From the IMG/VR virus record IMGVR_UViG_3300029448_008324, positions 1 through 64,000 of that record: a stretch of DNA of 64,000 bases. One strand, 5' to 3'. The notes under the pieces were generated by a model. The model was given only the letters and a program-made list of their open reading frames with translations, made no database searches and was not told the origin of the DNA. Below are positions 10,000-19,237 of the stretch, piece by piece. This DNA is from a virus. Position numbers and translations under genes: made by a program. Position 1 is the stretch's first letter. Every line of letters begins with the position of its first letter.

Positions 10000-10717
10000 G
10001 CTTGCTCAATCCACAGATGGATTGATAAACACTTTCTAAATCTTCTACATCCTCAACAAAACAGTCTGCACGGATGTGTTGCTCATACAGTGCAAGATCT
10101 TGGCTCCATTCACGGCCAGTCCACCATTCAAAAGCAGGAATTTTAGATTTGTATCGGCAAGACTCATCATAGGACGCCCCCAGATAAAACCAATTGTATC
10201 CTTTGGCATGTGCTGAGCGAATTTCATGGTCCATAGAAAATTTTCCCATGTGCAGTTGAGGATCTCGGTAGTCCCATGCATACTGCCAATTGTCAATGGA
10301 ATGTCCGTATTTGGTCCACACAGACCATGCTACCAATTTGTTATCATAATAGTAACAGTGGAATGTTTCCTTGTCTGATATGCCAAACTTGTTAAACATA
10401 AATGAATCATGGAATCCATTGTGCTGGATGAATTGATCATACACATCTTCTAGTAGGGTTTGATGTTTGATGGCAAACGATCCGGACCATTTTTCCACAG
10501 TCACTCCTTTGCGTTGTTTGAACTTAGGCGCTGTGTCGATGTATTTTTTGATGTTGATGCGAGATGACCTTACTTGTGACCAACGATCACCTATGTCAAT
10601 GTATCCTTGAGCCAGTGCTTGTTCTTGTTCTTCTGGTTCAACATCTGCAAACACCTTAACCCACTGCATGTCATACTTGTCTAATCTACCATATGGATGT
10701 TCAAACCAAATTTTCAT
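9986..10717 (-). CDS. Aminoacyl(Arg/Leu)-tRNA-protein transferase-like GNAT protein (ATE/Bpt-like)
   Basis: C-terminal WDY..P.L.MGKFS..HEI..A...G..WFYLG.SY...CRYK resembles the ATE_C domain. Own TTGACT-N17-TATAAT promoter at 10752-10724. Confidence 0.65.
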   Translation of the reverse strand: MKIWFEHPYGRLDKYDMQWVKVFADVEPEEQEQALAQGYIDIGDRWSQVRSSRINIKKYIDTAPKFKQRKGVTVEKWSGSFAIKHQTLLEDVYDQFIQHNGFHDSFMFNKFGISDKETFHCYYYDNKLVAWSVWTKYGHSIDNWQYAWDYRDPQLHMGKFSMDHEIRSAHAKGYNWFYLGASYDESCRYKSKIPAFEWWTGREWSQDLALYEQHIRADCFVEDVEDLESVYQSICGLSKPKNR

Positions 10718-10738
10718 TGCTTTATTATAACACCAACA

Positions 10739-11806
10739 CTATTTGTAGTCAATATAGGATTGACATTCACCTTCTCTGTATAGATCTTGCGTGACACAGT
10801 GAATTCCTCCATCAAAGAAAAATCTATGTCTCAAAGGACAAATAATGGGTACAATTTTGTGTTTTTTAAAAAAATCAAATACTTGTTTGTTGTAACTAGA
10901 TACCAACACAGTGTGTTCATTCAGCATCATACAATTGACATCAAACACAGTTTCTTCTACATACCCTAGCCAACTGTCTAACCATGAATTAACAAAGTCA
11001 AGCAATTCTTTGTTGTCTTCTTCTCCTGGTATCCAATATTTGCCGTAAGTTTTTTGTTTGGCTTGCATGAATTCAGGCAATTGGCCTATGTTACTGTCAT
11101 CCAAATAACACACTTCCCAGCCTGGAAATGTTTCTGTATATGTCATGATGTCATCTAATGATATGATAGCTCCTGGTTTCACAGTGTGGAAACACGAATC
11201 ATTATGGCCACCAATTTCAACCCAATGTATGTCAACTTCTGGCCACCATTTCTGTGCCCAGCGTTCGATGATGTTTCTTGAATTTGGATTGTATTCAACA
11301 AAATCATTCACTTCCCATTGATCGATATCAATAAACAAATCTTTGCCAACCAAAGTCCAACAAGGCGGATCTATAAATTTGATGTTATTTTTTATCAGCA
11401 AGTCATGCCACGGAGTGTTGCGTTGCAAAATATCTTCTGTGATAATTTCTGAAAAATAACCATCACTAGTTGCATGCTGATCAGAAAATATAAGATGTTG
11501 TCCTAACACAGAGAGTCGATTTCTTGGATATAACACTGGTTGAATGCCTTGAGCTTTTTGATCAGGATCAAGATACTTTGGGAATTTTTCTTTGTTGACT
11601 CTCACAACTTCAACACTCTGTTCACCACACACTTTGGCAATATTGTCTAGATCTTCTTGTGCTTCAATGACCAGTTGTTGTAATTTTTCTTTGATCTCAA
11701 TGTTTGCAACATGATCAAAATATTCAGGGGCAACACAATGACCAACCATTACTTTCTTGAGGTTATCCCATTTGGACCATACGTTGAAATCGTTTTGATT
11801 GGACAT
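10739..11806 (-). CDS. Amidinotransferase (glycine/inosamine amidinotransferase family)
   Basis: WDNLKKVMVG, PRN, GHND and VFDVN motifs; catalytic GGIHCVT. Confidence 0.85.
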   Translation of the reverse strand: MSNQNDFNVWSKWDNLKKVMVGHCVAPEYFDHVANIEIKEKLQQLVIEAQEDLDNIAKVCGEQSVEVVRVNKEKFPKYLDPDQKAQGIQPVLYPRNRLSVLGQHLIFSDQHATSDGYFSEIITEDILQRNTPWHDLLIKNNIKFIDPPCWTLVGKDLFIDIDQWEVNDFVEYNPNSRNIIERWAQKWWPEVDIHWVEIGGHNDSCFHTVKPGAIISLDDIMTYTETFPGWEVCYLDDSNIGQLPEFMQAKQKTYGKYWIPGEEDNKELLDFVNSWLDSWLGYVEETVFDVNCMMLNEHTVLVSSYNKQVFDFFKKHKIVPIICPLRHRFFFDGGIHCVTQDLYREGECQSYIDYK

Positions 11807-11817
11807 AATAATTAAGT

Positions 11818-12180
11818 GTGTATATATTTATAGACATGGACATTTACCATATTTTTGCTGATCACCATGACGGCACTGATGCATACACTTTTGTAAAAAA
11901 GATGAGTGTGTTTCTTGATGAGATGGTTGCACTTGGCAAAATGGAATCACATCGTATCATGAGAATGAAGTTGGGATTCCGATCAATGGATTTGCCAGAG
12001 TTTCACATCATGATGGAATTCAAAAACATGCAACAGTTGGATGATGCTATGACAGCTGTGATACGAAATGAAAAAAATATCGACGAATCCCATGTTACTT
12101 TTAATTCACTGGTCAACGTGGATACCATTCAACATTTCTTATACAGAGACTTTCCAGACCAGATCGACGACAGCAAATAA
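11818..12180 (+). CDS. Hypothetical protein (DUF6614-like ferredoxin-fold)
   Basis: RIMRMKLGFRSMDLPEFHIMMEF..MQQLD and LYRDFPD motifs. Confidence 0.5.
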   Translation: MYIFIDMDIYHIFADHHDGTDAYTFVKKMSVFLDEMVALGKMESHRIMRMKLGFRSMDLPEFHIMMEFKNMQQLDDAMTAVIRNEKNIDESHVTFNSLVNVDTIQHFLYRDFPDQIDDSK

Positions 12181-12199
12181 TCTACTGACATAAAATAGT

Positions 12200-12595
12200 G
12201 TGCTAGGCAATCAAGGCAAACTTCAAAAACATTTAAGGCTTTCATAGCATCTTTGGTAATAGAGAACTACTCCATGAAGAATGGCGGCGAATCTCTTGAT
12301 GCACAAGGCAAAATGATGTGGCACTGGCAAGAAAAAGATCCACCCACAGTCTGTTTGTAAATTATTCAATCAAGGTGCAAACAGATCGCGTTGTATAGAA
12401 TGAGCTAACGGGCACAGCACAACCCCCCGACGTTGAGTAGCGAGATTGGATGACTGCGATACAAACGTGATGTATCAAAGTGATAGTTCTGCTTAACAGC
12501 AGAATTATGACTGCTCATCAACGTGATGACGACAAACTTTACTTCGTAAAAGAAATGCTTGAGCGCGAGCGACAAGCGATTGACGAAGTCAATCA
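12200..12595 (+). ncRNA. Candidate structured non-coding RNA or cis element
   Basis: No credible ORF. At least 7 hand-identified stems, three of them with G-U pairs valid only on the + strand (see findings). Confidence 0.55.
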
Positions 12596-12596
12596 A

Positions 12597-12806
12597 TCAG
12601 CGATGTTGCTTGTGAAACTTTGTAATGAACTCTTGCAGTTCAACATCAGGACGCGAATCTTGACAGTGTGACTCTAAAAATGTACTCATCATTTCAGCAA
12701 CTGCTTTGGGTGAATGATTCATCAACATGGACTTGATTACCATGGTGCACTGTGAGTGTAGATCCTGTTTGTTGATCACAGCATGTTTTGATTTGACTAT
12801 TGCCAT
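12597..12806 (-). CDS. Hypothetical protein (69 aa)
   Basis: ORF with TAAGTA late-like box upstream. Confidence 0.5.
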   Translation of the reverse strand: MAIVKSKHAVINKQDLHSQCTMVIKSMLMNHSPKAVAEMMSTFLESHCQDSRPDVELQEFITKFHKQHR

Positions 12807-12854
12807 GCAGATTTACTTAATATAGTATAAGATTGTCATTAAACTGTGAGTTTA

Positions 12855-13289
12855 TTATGAGGTGGCGGCTCGTGCTCTAACACGTGGTTTGGCAGAATAT
12901 GGTTTTTTGCCTACACTTTTGGATCGTTTCTTTTGAGCATCAAAGATCTTTGCAAACACAGCTTTAATGTAACCAGCATCAGGTCTGCCACCCTTCACTG
13001 TTTTTGACACGTCTAACACACGATCAACGTATTTCTCCATGCTAGGATCTTCTTTGAATATGCCCTGTAACCAAGATTGCAGTGCTAAACCATATTTTTT
13101 TTTAGCGCCAGGATCTTTCTGCACAATCTTTGGCCATTCCTTATCCCATTGATCGACCATGGCATTAACAGCTGCCATTTTCTTGGTGGGAGGCACATCG
13201 AATATGTTCAACATAGCACTTGTGGCACCTGTCACAGCTGATGCAACAGCGGAACCTAAATCTTCATGAATGATATCTCTAATTCTCAT
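12855..13289 (-). CDS. Hypothetical late protein, possibly head-internal
   Basis: Perfect TATAAATA (13305-13298) 8 nt upstream; MRIRDIIHE N-terminus; basic C-tail. Confidence 0.6.
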   Translation of the reverse strand: MRIRDIIHEDLGSAVASAVTGATSAMLNIFDVPPTKKMAAVNAMVDQWDKEWPKIVQKDPGAKKKYGLALQSWLQGIFKEDPSMEKYVDRVLDVSKTVKGGRPDAGYIKAVFAKIFDAQKKRSKSVGKKPYSAKPRVRARAATS

Positions 13290-13300
13290 TGTGCTGATAT

Positions 13301-13537
13301 TTATAGCAATGGCATTTTGGTCTTCTTGACTGTTTCAATGTTTTGTTTGATCAAAGTGTGCAACATGCGTCGATCATCATTGCACAAATTATAGGCTTCT
13401 GTCAAACTAACACTGCCTCTCATATACCAACAGATGCTATGCAGATCATCTTTGATCTGCTTGTTTTCATTATCTAGTTCTTTGAAGTATGCTACGAGGT
13501 CAGGTTCCGAGAGCGAGAGGATTTTGGCACGAAAAAA
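13301..13537 (-). CDS. gp51-like baseplate-hub/tail-assembly domain, predicted C-terminal extension of the gp26-like protein via -1 frameshift
   Basis: 78 sense codons (FFRAKILSLSEPDLVAYFKELD...ICWYMRGSVSLTEAYNL...KMPLL) bounded by TAA 13540-13538 and TAA 13303-13301. No ATG/GTG/TTG until codon 39. Confidence 0.7.
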   Translation of the reverse strand, partial: FFRAKILSLSEPDLVAYFKELDNENKQIKDDLHSICWYMRGSVSLTEAYNLCNDDRRMLHTLIKQNIETVKKTKMPLL

Positions 13538-14376
13538 TTAGAGTTGTCCATGGAAATTTGTGTTTGATACGATTTTGGTGCACCTTTTTCTATCAACTCT
13601 GCAGGTGTTACAATGTCCACAGGAGGAATAGTGCCTTTGTTTTTTTCACGATCAATGTGATCGCGAATCTCATTAGCATATTTGGTTTCAATGTTATGAA
13701 CCCATTCTTTAATAAACACAGGATCAATCACTGCTTCATCTTGGTCTGGCATCTTGATGCTGACAATCATGTCTGTAATGGCTTTCACAGAAAGTTCGCC
13801 TATTTTAGCAAAAATCTTGTTAAACTCTTCCAGCTTCTGCTGTTCGGTCATTGTCGAATCCTGCACAGTTCTAATAAGCCTTTGTTCTTCATAGCTTTTT
13901 AGATTCTGTTGACTGATGCCACGATAGTTCATAGGTTTCAAATTGACCACCAATCCATTGCTTAACTGCATGACATCACCCCAAGGTTCATATGAAATTC
14001 TTTCCAACATGGTACTGAGATGCACCTGGACCGTGTTACTTTCTTGTGTGTTGGGCACCGCTGTGGTGACATCCATCATCTCACCATAGGTAGCAATTCT
14101 AATTCCTACTAACAGTGTGTCAGTGTCCATGGAAGGCACATGCCAAGGATCTTTGATAGCGGGTATGCATGACTTGAACACATCCACAGTGGCCTGTCCG
14201 TTCATGAGAGCATCTGGCGTGCGAATGGTCATTTCGTCTTTTGCAGTCATGGGCATGATGCCCACTTCGCCTTGATCATTAAGTTCAATGCAACCTGGTG
14301 GATACCAACGTCCCTGTGATGGCAAACGAACATATACTGCTGGTTGCCTAAAGTATGTAGATAGTGGGTTTGTCAT
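13492..14376 (-). CDS. Baseplate hub assembly protein / tail chaperone (T4 gp26-like)
   Basis: LPSQG, PMTAKDE, D.DTLLVGIRIATYGE motifs and ..NFF near the C-terminus. Confidence 0.75.
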   Translation of the reverse strand: MTNPLSTYFRQPAVYVRLPSQGRWYPPGCIELNDQGEVGIMPMTAKDEMTIRTPDALMNGQATVDVFKSCIPAIKDPWHVPSMDTDTLLVGIRIATYGEMMDVTTAVPNTQESNTVQVHLSTMLERISYEPWGDVMQLSNGLVVNLKPMNYRGISQQNLKSYEEQRLIRTVQDSTMTEQQKLEEFNKIFAKIGELSVKAITDMIVSIKMPDQDEAVIDPVFIKEWVHNIETKYANEIRDHIDREKNKGTIPPVDIVTPAELIEKGAPKSYQTQISMDNSNFFVPKSSRSRNLTS

Positions 14377-14380
14377 TCAA

Positions 14381-14407
14381 TAAATATTTAACGTAACAGT
14401 ATTTATA
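14381..14407. promoter_or_regulatory. Bidirectional late promoter region (gp26-like / tape measure)
   Basis: Palindromic TAAATATTTA at 14381-14390, plus minus-strand TATAAATA at 14407-14400. Confidence 0.6.
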
Positions 14408-14417
14408 GCAGTATAAA

Positions 14418-16526
14418 ATGGACATACAAGACCTAGAAACAGCACTTAAACAAGGTAATATTCCTGCCTGGGCCACAGAAGAAACCTTGGCAAAAGTGGC
14501 AAAGGCCCTCAATGTCAAAGGTGGTATAGGTGATTTATCCAAGACTATTGGCAAAACTGGAGACACCAGCCCCAAGACATTTATTGGCGGATTGAATGCT
14601 GCCAGTAGTAGCACTAGAAAACTTTCAAAATCAGCCGACATTGCCAACAAAGCATTTTCCAGCATTCAATCAGTGACATCTGGTGCCGCAGGCATCGTGG
14701 GTGCATTGGCTCAAAGCAAAGGATCATTTTCAGATCTTAACCCCATCATAGACACTGTAGCCGATGGCATGGGCGAGTTGGCAGGAGCAATCCCCATTGT
14801 GGGAGGATTTTTTAAAGCACTGATTGGTTTCTCAGCAGAAATTGCCAAACTCAACAATGTGGTCTTGGACGATCTTATCGACAACTTTATGGCATTGAGC
14901 AAATCAGGATTAGGCCTATCATTTGACCTACAAACTATTCAATTGCGAGCATTGGAGGCAGGTGTGGGGTTTGAGACACTCACCAGTGCTGTGCTGAACA
15001 ATTTTGCAGGCATGATTGCGTTTGGCGGAAGCGTGGAAAATGCCACCAAACGATTTGCTGCCAGTCTCGACTTTCTCACTAACCCCAACAACCCAGAAGG
15101 ATTTGCATATGCCATGCAGTCTTTAGGATACGGTTCAGAACAAGCGGCAGAGTTCCTAGGACAATTTATTGAGCAAAACAGAAATTCACTGCGCCTACAA
15201 GGCTTGTCAGACAAAGAAGTGGCTGGAGTTGCTTTTGAGTATGCAAAAAGTCTTCAGGTGCTGTCCGAACTCACTGGTGTGCAGGTGGATGAAATCAGAG
15301 CCAATCAGTTGGCTCAAGTCACTGACGGTGCTTTCCAGGCCAAACTGCAACAGATGAGAAATGCCAACATGGCAGAAGAAGCCGATGCCACGCAGAAGTT
15401 TGCAGGAACCATGAGGGGCCTGAGTCCAGTTGTCGAAAAAGGATTCAAAGATGTCACAGCAGGTTTAATGACTCAGCAAACTGCTCTGTTACTAAGAACA
15501 GTGCCGGGTTTAGAAGAAGCATTCTTAGCCAGAGATGCTGAAGCTGTGCGGAATTTGTTGGCTGGATTAGCCAAGGATGGCGATGCACTGGAAATTGGTA
15601 CACTTGGTCTATTGGATGCAAGCAATCCTCTATCTCAATTGATCAATGATCTATTGCCAGCTGCACAGCGATTGTTAGGCATTGTGACAGCAGGACCTAC
15701 ACAGGAGGAACTAGAAAATCAACAACAGATACAAATGGATCGAATGACACAAAGCAACATTAATTTTGAAAGTTTCAATGACAATTTGGTGTTTGCTGGC
15801 AAACAGTTGGATATAGCAGGAAAGTCTATTCAGGCAGCCGTTATTGAGAAACTGATACCTGCCATGGAGGCACAACTGGCATTAACCGCAGAAGCATTAA
15901 GCAAGCTGACATCATTTATTAAGGATCCTTCAAGTATCTTCGAAACGGGAGATGGCCTAGGATTTTTTGACTTTGATCTTAAACCAAACGACCCTAACAA
16001 CGAGCCTGTCAATCTTTTGGATTTACTTTTAAATAGGAACACTAAACCTAAATTTGGCGGAGGTTCTGCAGGACAAGGTTTATATGTTGTGGGCGAACGT
16101 GGTCCGGAACTGTTGGCTCTGGAACAAGGATCCATGGGCCATGTGTATAACAATGGTCAAATGAAATCTATGTTGGGCAAACGTGAAAACGGAGGTCCAG
16201 TGCAAGGCATGCCTAGTATGGCAATGTTAGATTATTTAACAAGTGAAGGTATTGAAGGATCACGCAAATATGATGATGGCTTTGAGATTGCATACACTAA
16301 CACTCTAAATATGCCAAAAATAGATGAAGCAACTATGAAGGAATTCATAAAATACCAGAACAGTAAAAAAAATCTCAAATTTTCAGATACTCCGCAAATG
16401 GAAGATATAATATCTGACGTAGAATTCAAAGGTAATGGAGGTGCAGTGGTTGGAGAGATCAGAAACCTCAACAAAATGCTGAAAAGTTATATGGGCAAAA
16501 TCACATCAGGATCCAGTTATTTTTAA
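14418..16526 (+). CDS. Probable tape measure protein
   Basis: Long Ala/Gly/Leu-rich helical protein with VVGERGPEL motif, typical of tape-measure C-termini; next to the gp26-like gene and portal. Confidence 0.7.
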   Translation: MDIQDLETALKQGNIPAWATEETLAKVAKALNVKGGIGDLSKTIGKTGDTSPKTFIGGLNAASSSTRKLSKSADIANKAFSSIQSVTSGAAGIVGALAQSKGSFSDLNPIIDTVADGMGELAGAIPIVGGFFKALIGFSAEIAKLNNVVLDDLIDNFMALSKSGLGLSFDLQTIQLRALEAGVGFETLTSAVLNNFAGMIAFGGSVENATKRFAASLDFLTNPNNPEGFAYAMQSLGYGSEQAAEFLGQFIEQNRNSLRLQGLSDKEVAGVAFEYAKSLQVLSELTGVQVDEIRANQLAQVTDGAFQAKLQQMRNANMAEEADATQKFAGTMRGLSPVVEKGFKDVTAGLMTQQTALLLRTVPGLEEAFLARDAEAVRNLLAGLAKDGDALEIGTLGLLDASNPLSQLINDLLPAAQRLLGIVTAGPTQEELENQQQIQMDRMTQSNINFESFNDNLVFAGKQLDIAGKSIQAAVIEKLIPAMEAQLALTAEALSKLTSFIKDPSSIFETGDGLGFFDFDLKPNDPNNEPVNLLDLLLNRNTKPKFGGGSAGQGLYVVGERGPELLALEQGSMGHVYNNGQMKSMLGKRENGGPVQGMPSMAMLDYLTSEGIEGSRKYDDGFEIAYTNTLNMPKIDEATMKEFIKYQNSKKNLKFSDTPQMEDIISDVEFKGNGGAVVGEIRNLNKMLKSYMGKITSGSSYF

Positions 16527-16528
16527 GG

Positions 16529-16557
16529 TTGCAATATTAAAAAAAGATACATATAAT
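16529..16557 (+). promoter_or_regulatory. Sigma70-type promoter upstream of portal
   Basis: TTGCAA-N17-TATAAT, ATG 8 nt downstream. Confidence 0.5.
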
Positions 16558-16565
16558 AATAAGTC

Positions 16566-18293
16566 ATGAGTTGGAAAAAATATTTTAATTTAGTAACACC
16601 CGATGGCACCATGTCCCCGGTGTCAGGTGCCAACACAGCATCCAATCCGATGAGTGCTGTGGGACGCAGAAACTACACATCCTATTTGCCAGAAGTCTAC
16701 ACAGGTCATCCCAACAGGATGGAGCGTTACTTTCAATATGATCAAATGGATCAAGATTCAGAAGTCAATGCCGCACTGGACATCATTGCTGAATTCTGCA
16801 CACAACCCAACAAGCAAACTGAAACTCCTTTTGACCTACGCTACAAAGACAAACCCACAGAATCAGAAGCACTCATCTTAAGAGATGCACTCAAACAGTT
16901 TTCCACCATCAACGAATGGAACCGCAGAGCATTCAGAATGTTCCGCAACACACTCAAGTATGGTGATTCATTTTTTATTCGTGATCCAGAAACACAAGAA
17001 CTAATTCATGTTGCCGCATCCAAATGTGACAAAGTGATTGTGAATGAATCACAAGGCAAGCGACCAGAACAGTATGTGTTCAGAGATCTAAACTTAAATT
17101 TAGAATCGCTCAGTGCATCACAGGTGGCAGCCAATGTGACATATTCATCACCAGGATCATCTGCTGTGGCCGATTCAAACTATGGCGGTGGTCAACGTGG
17201 CATGGGCGGCGGTGCTGGCTTTGGAGGATCATATGGACAACAAGGAGGCAGATTTGAAACCACAGTTAATCAATATGCCATTGATGCCAATCATGTGTGT
17301 CACATCAGTCTCAGTGAAGGACTTGATTCAAACTTTCCATTTGGCACATCCACATTAGAGACTGTGTTTAAAACTTTTAAACAAAAAGAATTACTAGAAG
17401 ATGCAATTATAATTTACAGAGTGCATCGTGCTCCTGAAAGAAGAGTGTTCTACATTGATGTAGGCAACATGCCCACACACATGGCCATGGGATTTGTGGA
17501 ACGTGTGAAAAATGAAATACACCAAAGACGTATTCCTTCCATATCAGGTGGATCCAATTCAATCGATGCCACATACAATCCACTGTCAATCAACGAAGAC
17601 TACTTCTTTCCACAGACAGCAGAAGGCAGAGGTTCAAAAGTTGAAACACTACCAGGTGGAACCAACCTTGGTGAGATTGATGATCTAAGATATTTCACAA
17701 ACAAATTGTATCGTGCATTGAGGATTCCAAGTTCTTACTTGCCCACTGGTCCAGATGATGGAGCCAATCCACAGTATTCAGACGGCAGAGTTGGCACAGC
17801 ATACATCCAAGAGTTGAGATTCAACAAATACTGTGAAAGACTGCAGGAAATTGTGGTGCCATCCATTGATGTTGAGTTTAAAGTGTTCTTAAAAAACAGA
17901 GGCATCAACATAGACACATCTCTGTTTGATTTAAAATTTAACACACCACAAAACTTTGCCGCATACAGACAGATTGAACTTGACAATCAGCGGGTGCAGG
18001 CATTCACACAGATTGAGCAAGTGCCATATCTATCAAAAAGATTTGCACTCAAGCGTTTCTTAGGCTTGTCAGAAGAAGAAATGGCACAGAATCAAAAGAT
18101 GTGGTCAGAAGAAAAAGGCGAAAGCAAAGACGATGCTGTGCAGGGTGCTGATCTTAGAAACGTTGGCGTCACTGGAGGAGGCATTGCAGCCGATCTTGAT
18201 GCTCAGACTGGAGAAGTAGAACCAGAAGGCGACATTGAAGCAGGTGAAGAAGGTGAAGGCATCGGCGGCGACGAGGGCGACGTTGAAGTGTGA
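16566..18293 (+). CDS. gp20: Portal protein (gp20)
   Basis: LEDAIIIYRVHRAPERRVFYIDVGNMP, EDYFFP, ETLPGG.NLGEIDD and LYRALRIPSS motifs. Confidence 0.95.
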   Translation: MSWKKYFNLVTPDGTMSPVSGANTASNPMSAVGRRNYTSYLPEVYTGHPNRMERYFQYDQMDQDSEVNAALDIIAEFCTQPNKQTETPFDLRYKDKPTESEALILRDALKQFSTINEWNRRAFRMFRNTLKYGDSFFIRDPETQELIHVAASKCDKVIVNESQGKRPEQYVFRDLNLNLESLSASQVAANVTYSSPGSSAVADSNYGGGQRGMGGGAGFGGSYGQQGGRFETTVNQYAIDANHVCHISLSEGLDSNFPFGTSTLETVFKTFKQKELLEDAIIIYRVHRAPERRVFYIDVGNMPTHMAMGFVERVKNEIHQRRIPSISGGSNSIDATYNPLSINEDYFFPQTAEGRGSKVETLPGGTNLGEIDDLRYFTNKLYRALRIPSSYLPTGPDDGANPQYSDGRVGTAYIQELRFNKYCERLQEIVVPSIDVEFKVFLKNRGINIDTSLFDLKFNTPQNFAAYRQIELDNQRVQAFTQIEQVPYLSKRFALKRFLGLSEEEMAQNQKMWSEEKGESKDDAVQGADLRNVGVTGGGIAADLDAQTGEVEPEGDIEAGEEGEGIGGDEGDVEV

Positions 18294-19237
18294 AGACGTG
18301 CTCAGTCTTTTGGAAGCACATAAACATTCGTGGAGACAACAGAATATTCCCATGTTGCCGTTTCAAAAAACCTGTTGCAACTTACACAGGTGATCTCGAT
18401 CACCTATTAACATCCAAAACATTCCAAGATCTCAGAAACACAGACGTCAGCACAATGCCAGAATGTGCCAAGTGCATGTATGAAGAAGACAACGGCATAA
18501 CCAGTTTTAGACAAAAATTCAATCAACAATTAGACACTGCCACAGTTGGATTAGAATACTTGGAAATTGGGTTTGACAACATTTGTAACCTTACCTGTGA
18601 TGGTTGTTACCCAGAATTCAGTTCAGCATGGAGTAAAAAATTAAATCCACACGCACACAAAAGCACACACTACACATCGATCAACGAAATCACAGCCATA
18701 CCTGACACAGTCAACAAGATCATGTTCCTTGGTGGCGAACCATTGATGACTTCACGCCATAAAAAAGTGCTGGAGATGATTGCTGATCCAAGCAAAGTCA
18801 AAATATCATACAACACCAATGCAACTTTCCTGCTTGATAATGATTTGATCAATATTCTAAAACAATTCAAGCATGTACACTTCATAGTGAGCATTGATGG
18901 ATACAAAGAACTCAATGAAAAGGTCAGAACAGGAACAAAATGGAGTGATGTTGAAGCATTTATCAAACAGATCCAAGAGAACGGATTTGAAATGAGTGTA
19001 AACAGTGTGATACACTTGAACAATTGGCAAGGAATGCCAGATCTTGAACGATTTGTGGAGACACTGGACCTCACAGCACCACACTACGGCACTGGACTAG
19101 CACCTTGGTACGTGAACATACTGACTTATCCTTTGCATCTTGATATCAGGAATGCAAAAAACAAACAAGAAATTGTTGATGTCATTGCAAAAACAGATAT
19201 CCCCAACAAAGAATATGTGCTCAATCACTTGTCCTAA
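18290..19237 (+). CDS. Radical SAM protein with N-terminal twitch/SPASM-like Cys cluster
   Basis: CNLTCDGC, FLGGEP and SIDG; N-terminal PCC...CAKC. Confidence 0.85.
   Translation: MKTCSVFWKHINIRGDNRIFPCCRFKKPVATYTGDLDHLLTSKTFQDLRNTDVSTMPECAKCMYEEDNGITSFRQKFNQQLDTATVGLEYLEIGFDNICNLTCDGCYPEFSSAWSKKLNPHAHKSTHYTSINEITAIPDTVNKIMFLGGEPLMTSRHKKVLEMIADPSKVKISYNTNATFLLDNDLINILKQFKHVHFIVSIDGYKELNEKVRTGTKWSDVEAFIKQIQENGFEMSVNSVIHLNNWQGMPDLERFVETLDLTAPHYGTGLAPWYVNILTYPLHLDIRNAKNKQEIVDVIAKTDIPNKEYVLNHLS

Noticed and set aside
12405-12671. Two 63-aa ORFs in the structured region
   Set aside because: They overlap each other, and one also overlaps the 12597-12806 gene. They have no RBS, and the sequence is better explained by base-paired stems.
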